A stretch of DNA of 64,000 nucleotides. Source: Chrysomallon squamiferum. Taxonomy: Eukaryota > Animalia > Mollusca. The stretch spans positions 25,172,001 to 25,236,000 of the forward strand of contig CM022671.1 in assembly GCA_012295275.1 (NCBI GenBank), read 5' to 3'. The position numbers and the translations under genes are program-made. Every line of letters starts with the position of its first letter. The stretch's first letter is position 1. Shown in pieces: positions 1 to 13,801 of this stretch. The notes below the pieces were generated by a model. The model had not been told where the DNA came from. It saw only the letters and a program-made list of their open reading frames with translations, and made no database searches.

Positions 1-129
1 GATATGAATTTTTCAGACTTCTCATTGACAACTTTTTTTCACAGGCTGTACGTTCTATTTATTTTCGTGTACATGTAAAATAAAGTATGTGTGTTTGTGT
101 TTGTTTTATATGGTTTTTATTCCTTAACA

Positions 130-400
130 AGAAATGAATAATGAAACCAATATTTTCCTAACAACACCTTAGTATTTTTATTCTGTATGTATTGTTTGTT
201 TATTAAGTGTCAAAAATGATTTTTTTTTTTTTTTTTTTTTTTGTTGTAATTATGATGTGAGAGAAAACCTGTTGCAGTTGTTCAATGCACTATTTTTAAT
301 CATTAACAGCAAGATATAGTTTATATGTGTGAACCTTCTCATAGACAGGTAAAATGGAACCTTTGATAAACTAATGGGGATAAATCGTAGGAACCAGTGA
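130..400 (-). mobile_element. degenerate SINE-like dispersed repeat fragment
   Basis: The reverse complement of 'taacagcaagatatagtttatatg' (~305-328) resembles 'aatataaaacatccccttgcttcta' at ~7174-7198. Both resemble, from memory only, the core of a common gastropod SINE. Boundaries approximate. Confidence 0.4.
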
Positions 401-426
401 AACAGTCTGCTTTTTCTGCTAGTAAA

Positions 427-471
<45 letters not shown>

Positions 472-474
472 TAG

Positions 475-1934
475 ACTGAAAAACAGTGTTACACCATTAT
501 GGAATGTACCATATGAGGAACAACTAAAGGTGATTTTTGTTTTATTTATTTATTTATTGATTTTTTTTCCACTCTGTTATGAATCTTTTCTGTGTCTTAA
601 TATAACACTGTTCCTCAACCATTAATCTTTGTACATTTTGAATTAAATGTTTACAAAAATGTAATGAATTATAACTTGGTTTATTTTTGTAAATTCATTT
701 TTCTTCATCAATGAATTCAGAGTATTATCAGCAAAATTTTCGGGATTATTGTTCACACTCGTTTTTATTTTACATTTCAAAATTAGACATAATGTTTTAA
801 GTATACATTGACCATCCTTTATAAATCATTGCTTTTTTATTAATAAAGGTTTGTAGACAAAAACTAATAAAATATTCATTTGCAAGCATAAAAATGCTAT
901 TATGACTATTTCTTTGTCCACTATAAAGACATTTGATTAAGCAAATATAGAATATAACACATTGGTTTTTCTTTTTTCTTTTTTTATAGAAAAAGACTGA
1001 AGAGGCCATTCGACTGTTAAAATTTCTTGTACATAAACAAGAAACAAAAGAGTTTTTCATAGATCAGAGGTTTGTTATTATTTTATTTTACTTTGTTAAA
1101 TTTCATATATGTATGTATTTGTTATTAGGCAATAACTTGACATTTTCTTCTTCCTTATTTCAGAAAACAATTTAATGGCATGTGTTGTGAACTGCTGCCT
1201 GTAGTACCCTCAGTAAGTGTGCTCTTATAATTTTACATGCTTTATAAATTTAATTATCTTGTTAAAAATGACTTTCTCAGTTCTTCTTGTAATTTGAAAT
1301 ATATTCTGAATTGTTTCAACAGATACAAAGAATATAAGACCTTCGTCATTCATTTAGTGTCACCTGACACGTTTTCAGTCTAATAAAGCCTGAACATTGA
1401 GTCATAATTACAGTGAATCTTAGATTCTGGATTCATCTTGGAATGTAACGTCATTTTACTGAGGTAGGTGAATAGCAAAAATACAAACTATGATAGATGG
1501 AAATACCATTATACCTTAGTATATTATGACCACCAAAATAGGCACTTTAATTAAATTTTATTTATTTTGCTACTTTGACAACAGCCTATTCTTAAAGGGT
1601 ACAGGAACAAGTCAGAATTTTCAATTGGAATGGGTTTGGATGGAAAAGGTGAGAATAAGATTTATGTTTGTTTGAGTATTTTCAAACTACACAAAACTGA
1701 AAAGTGTAGTAATAATGAAATTTTAAAGTTTATTTGTTGTTAATTACAAAAATCTTATAAGGAAATCAATGCCTCTATAACTGGGTAATATATATTTTTT
1801 CAATCAAACCAGTTTGCTTCGTTCCTCTTTTTTTATCTACAAAATCGTATAGTATATGTGATATAACAGATGCAAGGTGTACTTTATTGTAAAAATTTAT
1901 TTTACAATATGTTTGAATTTTGTTTTTCATTTTT

Positions 1935-1968
<34 letters not shown>

Positions 1969-3142
1969 TAATAATAAATAATTAAAAATAATAATAAAAT
2001 TAATAAAAATCAAATTATTTTAACTTGCAGATCCCATTGTTGGTTTTCGCTTTGGTGCTTACAGAGATGGTAACAAATGTGTGGGAAAACCCAATGTTAT
2101 TGAAATAATACCAGACAAAATGAAGAAAGTTGTTGAGGTAAATTTATAATTTTATAATACAAAAAGGATGTTTAATAAAAAAAAAATATATATATATATA
2201 GTGCACAATGTGTGGTTACTTCTGTAATCTATCATGTCCCAGCCAATCAGAGGGACCATCTTTTTCACATCTGCAGTACATTCTGAGCCAAACATCTTCA
2301 TATACATTTTATTTAACTGTTTTATCATACAGATTTTTTACCTCAACTTTACAGTTTCAAGATTTGTAAAAATCCATTCATAGCAGTGCTTTTACAAAAC
2401 TGTTTTAGAAGTTAGTGTTGGTGTTCTTAATATTTTCCCAGTGTTTCCAAGACTTTCTCAAACATTCTGAGATTACTGTGTTTGACCCAGAGTCTCATCA
2501 GGGTCACTGGCATCAGCTGACTGTGAGGACGACCCAGGGTACAGGAATAATGGCAGTGGTGGAATTCCATCCACAGAATCTTACAAAGGTTGGTCTGCTG
2601 TTTAATGTCATGTTGCAACGAAAACATGTGACTATTTTGGATGAAAACAAGACAAAGAAGGTTTTATTTTAATGTAAATCAGATAACACACATGTAACCA
2701 AAGATACATACAGGCATATATATATATATATACACATACATATATAGATATATATACACATACATATATAGATATATTTAGACACACATATATATACACA
2801 CAGAAATATTGAGTACTTGTACATGTGTACTAATGTACAAAAATTACCTGTAGGTATATGCATATATGAACATATAGATTTATGCAAGTATATATGTTTG
2901 TTTTTGTCACTACAGGTGGAATTGGACAGAGTTAAAGCATCTCTGGCTGAATACTTTTCTGAGGGTGAAGGTAAAGCTGCCTGTGTTACCAGTCTTTACT
3001 TCCACCAGAGCAGAGCGCGGTGAGAAAACTCCTCAGTCCTTTTAATTTAACACACGTTTAATTATCTGTGCACTGAATATTATAGCATTCTTATTATTAT
3101 ATTTATTTCTACAGTATAGGGTTTATTAAAAAGTTTTTTTTT

Positions 3143-3174
<32 letters not shown>

Positions 3175-4881
3175 TTTTTTATCTTTTTATCTTTTTATAT
3201 TTATATATGTATATCCATTTATTCATTCATTTATTTATGGATTTACTCACTAAACTCACCTTTTTGAAAGTTTTAGCCAATACTTGATATTGAATGACCA
3301 GTAATATGATGAACTAAATAATGTTTAATTTAAGTCACATTTTTAATCTGTGTTGTATGACTCAGGACCATAAATATAATGAGAGAGGAAATACACTGTG
3401 TGTATGTTGTTGTTTTTTTTTTGTTAAGTATGTATGTATGTATATTCGTGTTGATATTAACATCCCTTTGTGAAATGTTACCTGTTACTAATGTATTTAT
3501 TTATGTATTGATTTTCCAAATATGAAATTGTCAATGTTTTTTTTAAAAATTTAAATATTAAGTTGTAAACAAATACCTTGTTTGGTACATATTCACAGTA
3601 AAATAAAATCATGAAAAAAAAAAAAAAATATTGAAGTATGGAATTTTTTCTATTATTACTGTCAGTTTCTAAATAAAAGAGTGTTCGTGTTACGAGCCAA
3701 GTTGCACCAACTATTAAATCCTGTTGGAAACAGCTTAAAATATAAAAATTAAAGTCACATAGTGTGGATGCCTTTTAAACTGACTATTTAATTCTCTTTT
3801 GCAGGTCTATAAAAGAAAATGAGAATGTACTTTGTGAACATATATATGGAGAAAGAGTTAGTTGATTTTAAATGTCAGACAATAGTGTTGTATTTCAACA
3901 GTATCGTATTGACTGTTATGTCATTTAAGAACAGTGCACTAATAGATGCCTTGAGATTAACAATTCCTGCAGTGCCATCCAAAATGTCACAAAGCGTTTA
4001 ATGTCACATGATAGTGCAGTTATTATGTGCTATATAATTACAGGGATTTTTTAATAGTTTTTATAATGTTAATTATCAGATCAATTTGACATTACTTTTC
4101 CAGGAGTTTATTTAATTCTTTTGTTATTGTGATAATGTGTCAGTTTATTTATTTATTCATTTATTTATTTTTTGTTGTTCTTTTTTTTCTTTCTTTTTTC
4201 AGTATTGAGAATTTTATCATTATAATTTTTATTATAAATAGAATTTCATAAAAAAGAAAGAAAAGAATGTTCAACAGTTACAAATAGTTAAAATTATTTG
4301 ATCAACTGTTAAACATGAAATCACAAAGTTCAGGCTTCTGTTTGTATTATTGCTGTAAATAAATTATAGTCAATACATATATTATATCATTTATGAAGTA
4401 AATAATCAATTTAAATGGTAATAAATATTTTATTTTTGTTTTTCAGCACATTTGTGAAGACTTACTTGGAATGAAATTCAGAATTTCTCCTGATTCATTT
4501 TTTCAAGGTATTTTATAATCACCACAATAATGTCTGACAATTCAGTGTTTTAACCTTTTGAGTATCCCTGTAACTGTATTTTGCAGTAACAGAATTTCCA
4601 TTGATTTTTATCATATTTTGTTTCGCCAGTTCAGTACAGTGATTGGGTATCATCGATAACTATCATAGGTTTTTCTGTTTGATAGCCATACCTGTCTTGG
4701 TAGCAAAGATACTAATATGGGTTTTTCTTCCTTTCTACAAGTCATAATGATATGATTGTACAATACAAAGACAATGACTTCTGTTGTTGATCGTTTTTTT
4801 TTTTTTTCATCTTTTAATAGCATTTTTATTAAAATATTTTATTTTTTTTATTTATCCCTTTTTTATTTAATATTTATTCAT

Positions 4882-4916
<35 letters not shown>

Positions 4917-7900
4917 TGTTTTTTTATTTCTCTTTTTTTTTGTATTATTTTTTTAGTAGGTTATTTTTCTGTATACTGATGGTTGATTATATTTTATTTA
5001 TTTTATTTTTTGTTTAGTCTTTGCTAATAAATAATAGATGAATGGAATACCTCACTGTACATGAATATTTTCAACCTCAAATCAGAGTAACAAACAAAAC
5101 TCATCTCAAAAACTGATCTCTACTCACACTGAAAGTGATAGTGCATCTCAAATGAGAGGAATTATCATTATCTGTTCCCTTGATTTTCTTCCTTAACTGC
5201 TTGTTTCAGTGGATTTTGTTACATAACACATTAGTAACACATGACAACTCATAAATAAATACTTAATGTATTCTGTAGATAAAACTGTTAAAAACAGTTT
5301 AATTTTAATTTTAATTTTTTAAGTTTCAATTATGAGCAGGAAATGAATTTTTTTTAAAAATAAACTGGAAAAAGATAAATTTTCTTAATGGCTTATCTTA
5401 AAGTGCATTAAAGATATTAAATTTACTTCGCTTTTCTTCTTTTTTCTTTTGTTAATCAGCTTTAATTTATATAAAATGTATTTATATTTTATTTTCGATT
5501 TTTAATTTTTTTTTAGTAAATACTTTAGCAGCTGAACATTTATACAATCAGATTATTGACTGCTGCGATATTAAAGAGGATACATCTTAAATGACAGAAA
5601 TTATCATTATCTGTTCCCTTGATTTTCTCCTTTAACTGCATGTTTCAATGGATCTAGGTACATAATGCATTGGTTACACATGACACCTCATAAATAAATA
5701 CTTAATGTATTCTGTGAATGTAGATAAAACTGTTAAAAATAGATTAATTTTTATTTTAATTTTTTAATTTTCAATTTTTTAATTTTCAATTATGAGCATG
5801 AAATGAATTTTTTTTTTTAATAAACTGAAAAAAGACAAATTTTCTTAATGGCTGATATTAAAGTGCATTAAAGATATTAAATTTACGTCGCTTTTTCTTC
5901 TTTTTTCTTTTGTTAATCAGCTTTAATTTACAAAAAAATGTGTTTATATTTTATTTTCGATTTTTAATTTTAATTTTTTTAATTTTTTTTTTTTAAAGTA
6001 GATCTTATAGCTTTCTAAATACACTAACAACTTTTTTTATTCTTTTTTTTTAATTTTTTTTTTTAGTAAATACTTTAGCAGCTGAATGTTTATACAATCA
6101 GATTATTGACTGGTGCAATATTAAAGAGGATACAGTGGTACTGGATATATGCTGTGGGACAGGTACAATTGGCTTGTCTGTAGCCAAGGTAAAATTATTT
6201 ACAATATTTACATACATCAGCTCACTAATGTTAAAGTCTGTCTGAAGTGTGTCAATAAAATAGTTGACAAATTTCTTTAAATTCTGAAGTTATTATTTTA
6301 TTGCATGGTGGGACCTGTCATTACTCTTAAGAAATTATGATAATAATAATAAAAAAAATAGTAGTAATACTGTTGCAAAAATATTTGAAGGCTGCTGTTT
6401 TTACATTTTCCTAAGTAGAGATTTGGTATCATCACATACATGATGGACTGACAGCTATATTGTTTTGATAATTCTAGAATAATCTTTAAAATAATTCAGT
6501 TCCCAAGCATTTGATGATTTCATGCCACAGAAAAATGCTGGCGTACAGATATTTTCAAATTGTACTCCATTCTTGTGATAGTTCCTTATTAAATAAGATT
6601 GGAAGGCAAAAAAAAAAAAAGAAAAAAAGTTGACTAATGAAATATAACTGGAAAGTATTTGAAAATATTTTGACTATTTCTGAGTATTGCCAAAGACAAA
6701 ATTTAAAATGTATATTTTATATGAATTATATTTTTTATCTTATACTTCTAAAAGTATAATAGAAAAGATATTTCAAGAGAAATTACTGAACATTTCTTAA
6801 TTTCTTTTGAATAGCCTCTTCCAAATATTAAAAAAATTAAAATAAAATAGACAGATGTTTAATTTTTGCTATTCAGACATTTGCCTAATTTAAGAAAATG
6901 AACAACAACATTGAAATGTTTCTAAAAAAAAAAATGTTTGTATGTTTCATACAATTTCAGAGAGCTGCTAAAGTGATTGGAATTGAAATGTGCAAGCAGG
7001 CAATTGAAGATGCCAATGCAAATGCTGAGCTCAATGGTAATTATTTGAAATTCTGATTGTCAGTGATTAGAGCTCATGGCTGGAACATATAAATTATAAG
7101 ACTGGTTTTCCTCAGGTCCACATCCATTGGGCTGGTTCCAATATGTGATTAATTTCTTAATTGTTGGAAGATGAATATAAAACATCCCCTTGCTTCTAAC
7201 TGAAAAGACTGCTGTGGATTTTCTGTCTTGATTGTCATTATACAAAAACACATGAATAATAACTTTTTTTTTTTTTTAAAGTCTGTTATTATCAATCTGC
7301 CTTTTATTAAATTAAATATATAATTTATCTGAATCATTCATTAATTTAAAATTTTGCTTAACTTATTTATTATACAGACTTACTGAAAAACTTGTTATTG
7401 TACAATTTGATTTCTGCAGGAATTACAAATGTGGAATACCACTGTGGTAGAGCTGAAGATGTCATCACTGATATAATGAAGAAAGTTCACACGTCTCATG
7501 TTGTTGCTATTGTCGATCCACCAAGAGCTGGACTCCGTAAATATTCATGATTTTTTTATGTTGAACAAAGACAGTCATTGAGATGAAGTGTTATACTCCA
7601 GTCAGAAAACAGATATCTTTACACTATCAATTCCACATCAGTAAAAACATCATCAACACATGAATTAAAAATTTTACCATATTACATTTATATTTAATAA
7701 TTTCCTTTCTTTTCTAATTATCATTCATTCTTTATCTTAAAGCTGATAAAGTGTTAATATATATTCTTATATCTACTATGATTTTTTGTTGTTCTTGATA
7801 ATATTATGGCACTGATATTTCCATGAAATATTTTACTTGGTTTTTGCATGGGTTTTTCATCAGTTTTTTACAATTTTGTTAACAGATTTTACAGACATGC

Positions 7901-8690
7901 ACATGTGTGTGTCTATAATATATATATATATGTATATATTAATTCTTGCTTAGCTTTCAATATTTTCTTTTTCATTTTTTTTCTCCAGATAAAACAGTGA
8001 TCAAGGCACTGAGGTCTTGTTCCAGATTACAGAGATTGGTTTACGCTTCATGCAGTCCAAAATCAGTGAAGCCAAATTTCATAGAGTAATCTATTTTCTT
8101 CTTCTTATTTTTATATTTAAAGTCTTTATTTATTTTTCATGAAACATGTTGAATCTATTACATTCTCCATATTCTTTCTTTATTATTGAATGAAATATTT
8201 CCAATAACCACAAGCGAAATAATCTTTGTCTGAATAATGTTTCTTAGATACACTTGGTTATCTACATTTTATCATATTAATTTATACACTTGTTTTTAAT
8301 ATTTTAATTTTGTCTTACAGTTTAATCCGCCGAAAATCAAAAAAACACCTTGGTGAAAGCTTCATTCCAATAAAAGCTGTTCCGATTGATCTGTTTCCTC
8401 AAACCAGCCACTGCGAATTAGTTGTGCTCTTCCAGAGACTGACAAATGAATCCAACTCAGCTGGAGTTAAAGAAATTCAGGATGTTGAAAATACTGATGT
8501 CAAAATGTCTACAGAGGATGAGTCAAGAAAAGTGGCACAGGAATCAAATCAGTCACCAGAACAGTCACCACCGTTAAATGAGAGCACCGACAAACAATCT
8601 GACCAATCACTGCCACTGATTCAAGACACTCCAAAATTAGCCGACCAATCACAGACATTGACAGAAGGCATTAATAATGCACCAAAATAA
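475..8690 (+). CDS. TRMT2A: tRNA (uracil-5-)-methyltransferase homolog A, 3' portion (14 coding exons in window; 5' exons lie upstream of the window)
   Basis: Hand-spliced exons 475-529, 990-1069, 1164-1212, 1585-1648, 2031-2137, 2442-2588, 2916-3019, 3805-3856, 4447-4507, 6067-6188, 6961-7036, 7420-7536, 7989-8085, 8321-8690, all GT-AG with compatible phases. Peptides VTPLWNVPYEEQL, GYRNKSEF, FRISPDSFFQVN, SAM-binding VLDICCGTGTIG, VDPPRAGL, catalytic LVYASCS and DLFPQTSHCE are TrmA/TRMT2 family motifs. Confidence 0.95.
5144..6134 (+). repeat. tandem duplication of an intron 3' end plus the first ~68 nt of a TRMT2A exon (copy 1 5144-5582, copy 2 5583-6134)
   Basis: The two copies align from 'catctcaaatgagaggaattatcattatctgttccc' / 'catcttaaatgacagaaattatcattatctgttccc' through 'ttttagtaaatactttagcagctgaa...ttaaagaggataca'. 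Confidence 0.92.
5517..5590 (+). pseudogene. truncated duplicate (pseudo-)exon of TRMT2A ending in an in-frame stop
   Basis: After AG at 5515-5516 it reads (V)NTLAAEHLYNQIIDCCDIKEDTS* (TAA 5588-5590). The real exon reads (V)NTLAAECLYNQIIDWCNIKEDTVVLD. Confidence 0.8.
7090..7250 (+). mobile_element. degenerate SINE-like dispersed repeat fragment in a TRMT2A intron
   Basis: Contains 'ccattgggctggttcca ... aatataaaacatccccttgcttctaactgaaaagactgctgtggattttctgtc'. It is related in opposite orientation to 130-400 and to 'ataatgagagaggaaatacactg' near 3376-3398. Confidence 0.4.
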
Positions 8691-10118
8691 AATATAAAGA
8701 CATTTTTAGCATATTGGTATAATTAATATTCAGTTTCTTTTAAAATGGTTTTAGTTGGTGTACTATTTATATTTTTATATTATATTAACGTAATTCATCT
8801 GTTCATTGAGTTTTTATCATTTTCATTTCTGGAAGTATTACATCAGATTAAAAAAAAATACATTTTTTGATAATAAATATATTGTTAGCAATATCCAAAC
8901 ATTCAGTTATTATTTTATACTTTATAATCATTATCCTAAATTGCATAAAAGAAATTAGTAGTTATAATATTTGGATTTTGAATCATTTATATTAAGCAGT
9001 TTATCTAATTATCTGAATAAATTTAAGGTAATGATGTGATAAACATCCTGAAATAATAATTCAACAAAATGTACTTTATCATTTGGCTTGGTTTCCAGTA
9101 AACAATATAAAACTCATTAGAATTGTTTTATTTTTTATTTTGATATTTTGAGTTTGTATATCCATTTTTTTTTTTTTTTTTTTTTTTTTTCTGCTAGTAA
9201 TTATCAGACAAAGCCACTTAATATTTACTGAGACAGCTCACTAAATACAGTAGAAATAATCAAATTGTTTTCTAAAAGGGTTAATATAAAAATAAACCAA
9301 GAGTTCGAATTTCACATTTGTCACACACAAGGCTGATAATTATGATTTGATTACCCACAGAGTCATCATGGATCATTTTCAGCAATTAATCTTGATATAA
9401 CCAATCATTCACCAGCAGCAGTTAAAGAACAAAACAAATTTTGCATCTATAAGTACAAAATTTATTACCAGTAGTTAGCAAGGAAGGATATATATAACAC
9501 AAAATTTATCTTTTAGATATTTATAGAGCTAAATGTGGCATAATAAAGCAAAAAATACAAATGTAATTGTTAGCAGCTGTTTGCTAACGTGTAGGTACAA
9601 ATTACTAGAAAATGTTTATGTAGAAATTATAAAAAAATAGAAATGTGCACAATACAGATGTCACAAATTTAATTAGCAGATTTTTCTTTATTATTTCCGA
9701 TGTGTTCCACTCTCAAAATATTTTGTTTATTTTTCACACTATCTTGTGTCTGATTGATTCCATATTCAGAAACTGTTTAATAATCATTGTTCATGATTTT
9801 CTAAGTGAATCTAACCAACTTAAAATCAACAGTAGTATACATCCAATCCCTTCCCAAATATGTGTTCACCCATTACCAAAGCTAGTATCAAATCTCTGTA
9901 AAACAATCTAAATGTCACTGCAGTTATATAAAAATATTTTACAAAATAATTTCTGTGCTATACAAAAACAAGTATCTTCATGAACGTGTGACCATTCTAA
10001 TACGTTACCAGGTGTAAAAGCTGTGTTCAGACCATCACAAAATCATTCAGAAAAAAACCTGTAGGCTTACAAAGCCACAGCAAGAAAAATATATATTATA
10101 AATATTTTAAAGTTCTTG

Positions 10119-12327
10119 TCACGATGTTTTAACTGAATATTCTTGAGCAAACAAACTCTGATTACCTAACAATATAGAATTTGTTTCTGGTTTTACCAAA
10201 ATATTTTGCCTTCTCTTGTACATTTTGCGAAAAGCTCTGAAAGCACCTCTAACCATTAGAAAAAGCCAATAAAGCTGGAAAAGTAAAATGAACAAACACC
10301 CAACATTGCATTTGACTGGGATAGCAAGGGGCACAGACCACAAAGAAATGTTTGCATAGTTGGAGTAAGCCCAGTTCAGGTAAGGAAATATTGCCACACG
10401 ACTTGTTGCAAAAGCAACAATCATCATAAGACTGGTCAGCACATACCATGGAGTTTCTTTCAGTTTCAGCTGAAATATACAAGAAAAACATGCTCTGTGA
10501 AATTTAAAATATCACCTTAAACAAATAAATAAGACCAAAGACCTCGTTATTCACACATTCACTTACTCGCACACATACACACCTTTAAAATAACCTATAC
10601 AAATATAAAAAAATATCGAGACATTTTGCCCCTTCAGCTTATATTAAAGAGTTTGTTAAATTATGAATGTTCAATCATGTTCTCTGTAAAGAAAGTATAT
10701 GATATTATATTTTTTATTCATACAAATGAAATTAGACTTAATTGAATAAATGAATAAGTGCAAGAATGAAAAATGATTATCTGCTTACATGAATTAATAT
10801 AAATCTGGCTGCAATGAACGGTATTGCCATTTCAAAAAGATAAAACACGCCCACAAAGAAATCACCTTTGTCATTTCTGAAAAACTGAAAATACAAATTT
10901 AAAATTTAACACATGTACAATGAAAATAAATTATATCAAGATGTTAAAATGTTATCAATTTTTTAAAGTGTAAAGGAAAGAATATATTAAAAGAGTAATA
11001 GTTCATTTATTCTAAATTATTAACTGTACACCCTTACATTCAGATATAAAACCAAATTTTGATATTTTTTTATTTTATGTTAAAAGTGATGGACAACAAT
11101 CTATGTTGAGGTGGTTATCATCATCTAACTGCTTTTTATGAATAACAGCAGACAACACCCAGGCACTGTACCAGACTAACAAGAAAAGAGTACACTGAAG
11201 ATTCTGTTTAAAACTCAATATACATGTTAACAAAAAGGACTTTGAAGATTTTATTAAAGTCATTATACATATTGCAATCAAAATTGCTATAGAAGCCACA
11301 AAAATTATTCAAGAGATTAATATGTCACTAAAAGTAAAAGGTAAATACCTAATCATTCATTCTCACTAATGTATGTGCATAAAAATTCAAATAAGTAGCA
11401 AATGGATACTTATGTATTATTCTATCCTGATGACAAAATAAAACTAAAACACCAGTTGTTATAAAAGAATATAATAATACCTAATCTTGAAATGTGAACT
11501 TACAATTATGATGGGAAAGAAAATACATGGCAATAAAACATGGTGGGCGGTCATCAGTTTGTTTGATGAGACAAAATCCACAAACTGCTGTTTTAATGTT
11601 TTCTCATTTGTCACTGGCTGTGATAAAAGATGACATCTAAACATAACCCACAGATCATAGCCAAAATATGGCACTGCAAAACTTGCATAGGTGTTTGTCA
11701 ACCAGTAGCTGTGAAGAAAGTAAAATACTGATTTTGAAATAAGCATAATCTTTAATGAAAAGAAACAGAGATGAATAAATAATATAAAAGTACAATACAG
11801 AGCTACCATGCCATTTGTTCAGCAAGACTGGATCTGATATTCTGGATTATCCAGTTTTATGGATCAAGGCTCAATGTACAAATGAAACATAAAGAATGGA
11901 ATTATATTTAACAGACGTAAATTATTACGCTTGTAAAAAAAAGTTCTGGAAGTCAAAATAAATAATCTGGTACCTGCATTTGGGTTAAAAAGCATATTTC
12001 TATATCCTGACATTTATGTATTATATTGTAATAAATAACTACAAAGAATATCAAACTTTTTTTTTTTTTTTTTGGGGATTATAATTAAACATGTTTACAT
12101 TTCATTATTTCAGTGCTTTAACATTTTAATAAAGTTATGTTTAAAAATAATCATAAATTGAAATAATCATTTAAATGAGTTTTCTATTAAAATAAAAAAA
12201 TTTAAAAAAATTTACCTGTCATACATAATGTCATTGCATTTTTGAATGATGATAAAACCTGCAGTACAGGACAAAACAGCCTGAACACTGGATACACACC
12301 TTAAAATAACAAATATTATTATTATTA

Positions 12328-12371
<44 letters not shown>

Positions 12372-12666
12372 TATTTTTAAAGAGTTGGTTTATTAAATAT
12401 AAAGAGTTGGTTCCACAAATCTCTGCTTAATAATCCATCCAACGTCCCAAGACTGATTAAGGCCTACTGAGATACTCACTACCACAAATACACACATATA
12501 TTTTGTGCACATAAACAATGTTATTCTGTGATAATCAGTATGTTTGCCCATAACTATGTATCTGATAAAGTTAAATATTATTTATTTTCAAATGTACCAA
12601 CAGTCGAATTTGATAAAGAATTTAACTAAATATTTTTATGGTTTTAATTTACACAATGCTTGGAAA

Positions 12667-12721
<55 letters not shown>

Positions 12722-13045
12722 TTAAGGTTTCTGTTTGTAGCATTTAATAATGCATAATAAAACTGGTGATTGTTGTTTTATGGTCTGTTCTGCGTGTAAG
12801 TCGCTGTGGTTCGCCAAATTTAAAGAGGAAACAACTATCAAAGGAATTATAACTAACAAATATTCATTATATTGCATTAATAACAAAAGTCTTTCAGTTT
12901 CTCATGCAAAATACCTGATACATATATCATAGATGTTGCACTGTGGTAATTTATCGCCAAAATAGGATGTAAAATATTTGTTCAGAAAGAAGAAAATGGA
13001 TGGGAAAAATAATGAACCACAGAGTACAGCGCTAATAAGTAACAT
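10119..13045 (-). CDS. TLCD3: TLC (TRAM/LAG1/CLN8) domain membrane protein, TLCD3/FAM57 family, 5 exons, 288 aa
   Basis: Exons 13045-12915 (MLLISAVLCGSLFFPSIFF...DICIR), 12299-12216 (CVSSVQAVLSCTAGFIII), 11708-11504 (YWLTNTYASFAVPYFGYD...LMTAHH), 10884-10789 (FRNDKGDFFVG..FEMAIPF), 10469-10119 (..RVAIFPYLNWAY..QLYWLFLM). Total 867 nt with consistent phases. Motifs and the 5-exon layout match FAM57A/B as recalled. Confidence 0.9.
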
Positions 13046-13122
13046 TGATGATTGACACCGGCATTTAATAGGAAGTTAAGCAGTTTATGGATAGGGCTAA
13101 AAGGCATACAGAACTATTAATA

Positions 13123-13801
13123 TAGCGGAACCTCGAGTTACGAGTGCTCCGAGTTACGAACAGCCGAAAAACACCGAGCTACGAGCGAGCTTCAGATACG
13201 CTAGTTGGCGCAAACAACAAATAACATCTGCCCAGCATCCGGCGTCTCACTCGTTTGTTTCACGAGTTGTGGAAACATCTGTTATATTATCCTCGCGTTT
13301 TGTGCAGTATTTTGCCAATTTTCCATGGATCCTGAGGACAGTGCCGAGAAGAAGAAGCGGATGATATCCATTGAATTAAAGTATGAAATCACAGAAAAAC
13401 ATGAGCAAGGTTTGCATGTAGTCGACTTGACGATATGTAATATACTGAAGAAGAAGGAGTCGATAAAGGCTATAATTCGAGCCAAAGTCGTTAAAATAAT
13501 TTCTAAGCTATGGATCTCTGACCATGAAAAGATGGAGAAACTCTAACCCTGTACACTTTACAAAAACAATTTATTTATTTAGTCTCTTTTATTTTTTTTT
13601 TATACAATATCTGTCATTTATACATACATTTTTCTTATTTAAAAATACATTACCAAAAACTGAGGTGCTTTTGGGGGGACTGGAACGGATCAATGGTATT
13701 TCAATTAATTTCATTTGGGAAAATTGATTTGATATACGAGCAAAATTGAGTCACGAGCTCGGTCACGGAACGAATTAATCCCGTACGTCAAGGTACCACT
13801 G
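13123..13801 (+). mobile_element. internally deleted Tigger/pogo (Tc1/mariner superfamily) DNA transposon
   Basis: TA on both flanks (13121-13122, 13802-13803). Imperfect TIRs 'tagcggaacctcgagttacg' / 'cgtacgtcaaggtaccactg'. The internal reading KKRMISIELKYEITEKHEQGLHVVDL..TICNILKKKESIK is a CENP-B-type N-terminal HTH of Tigger transposases. No DDE domain remains. Confidence 0.88.
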
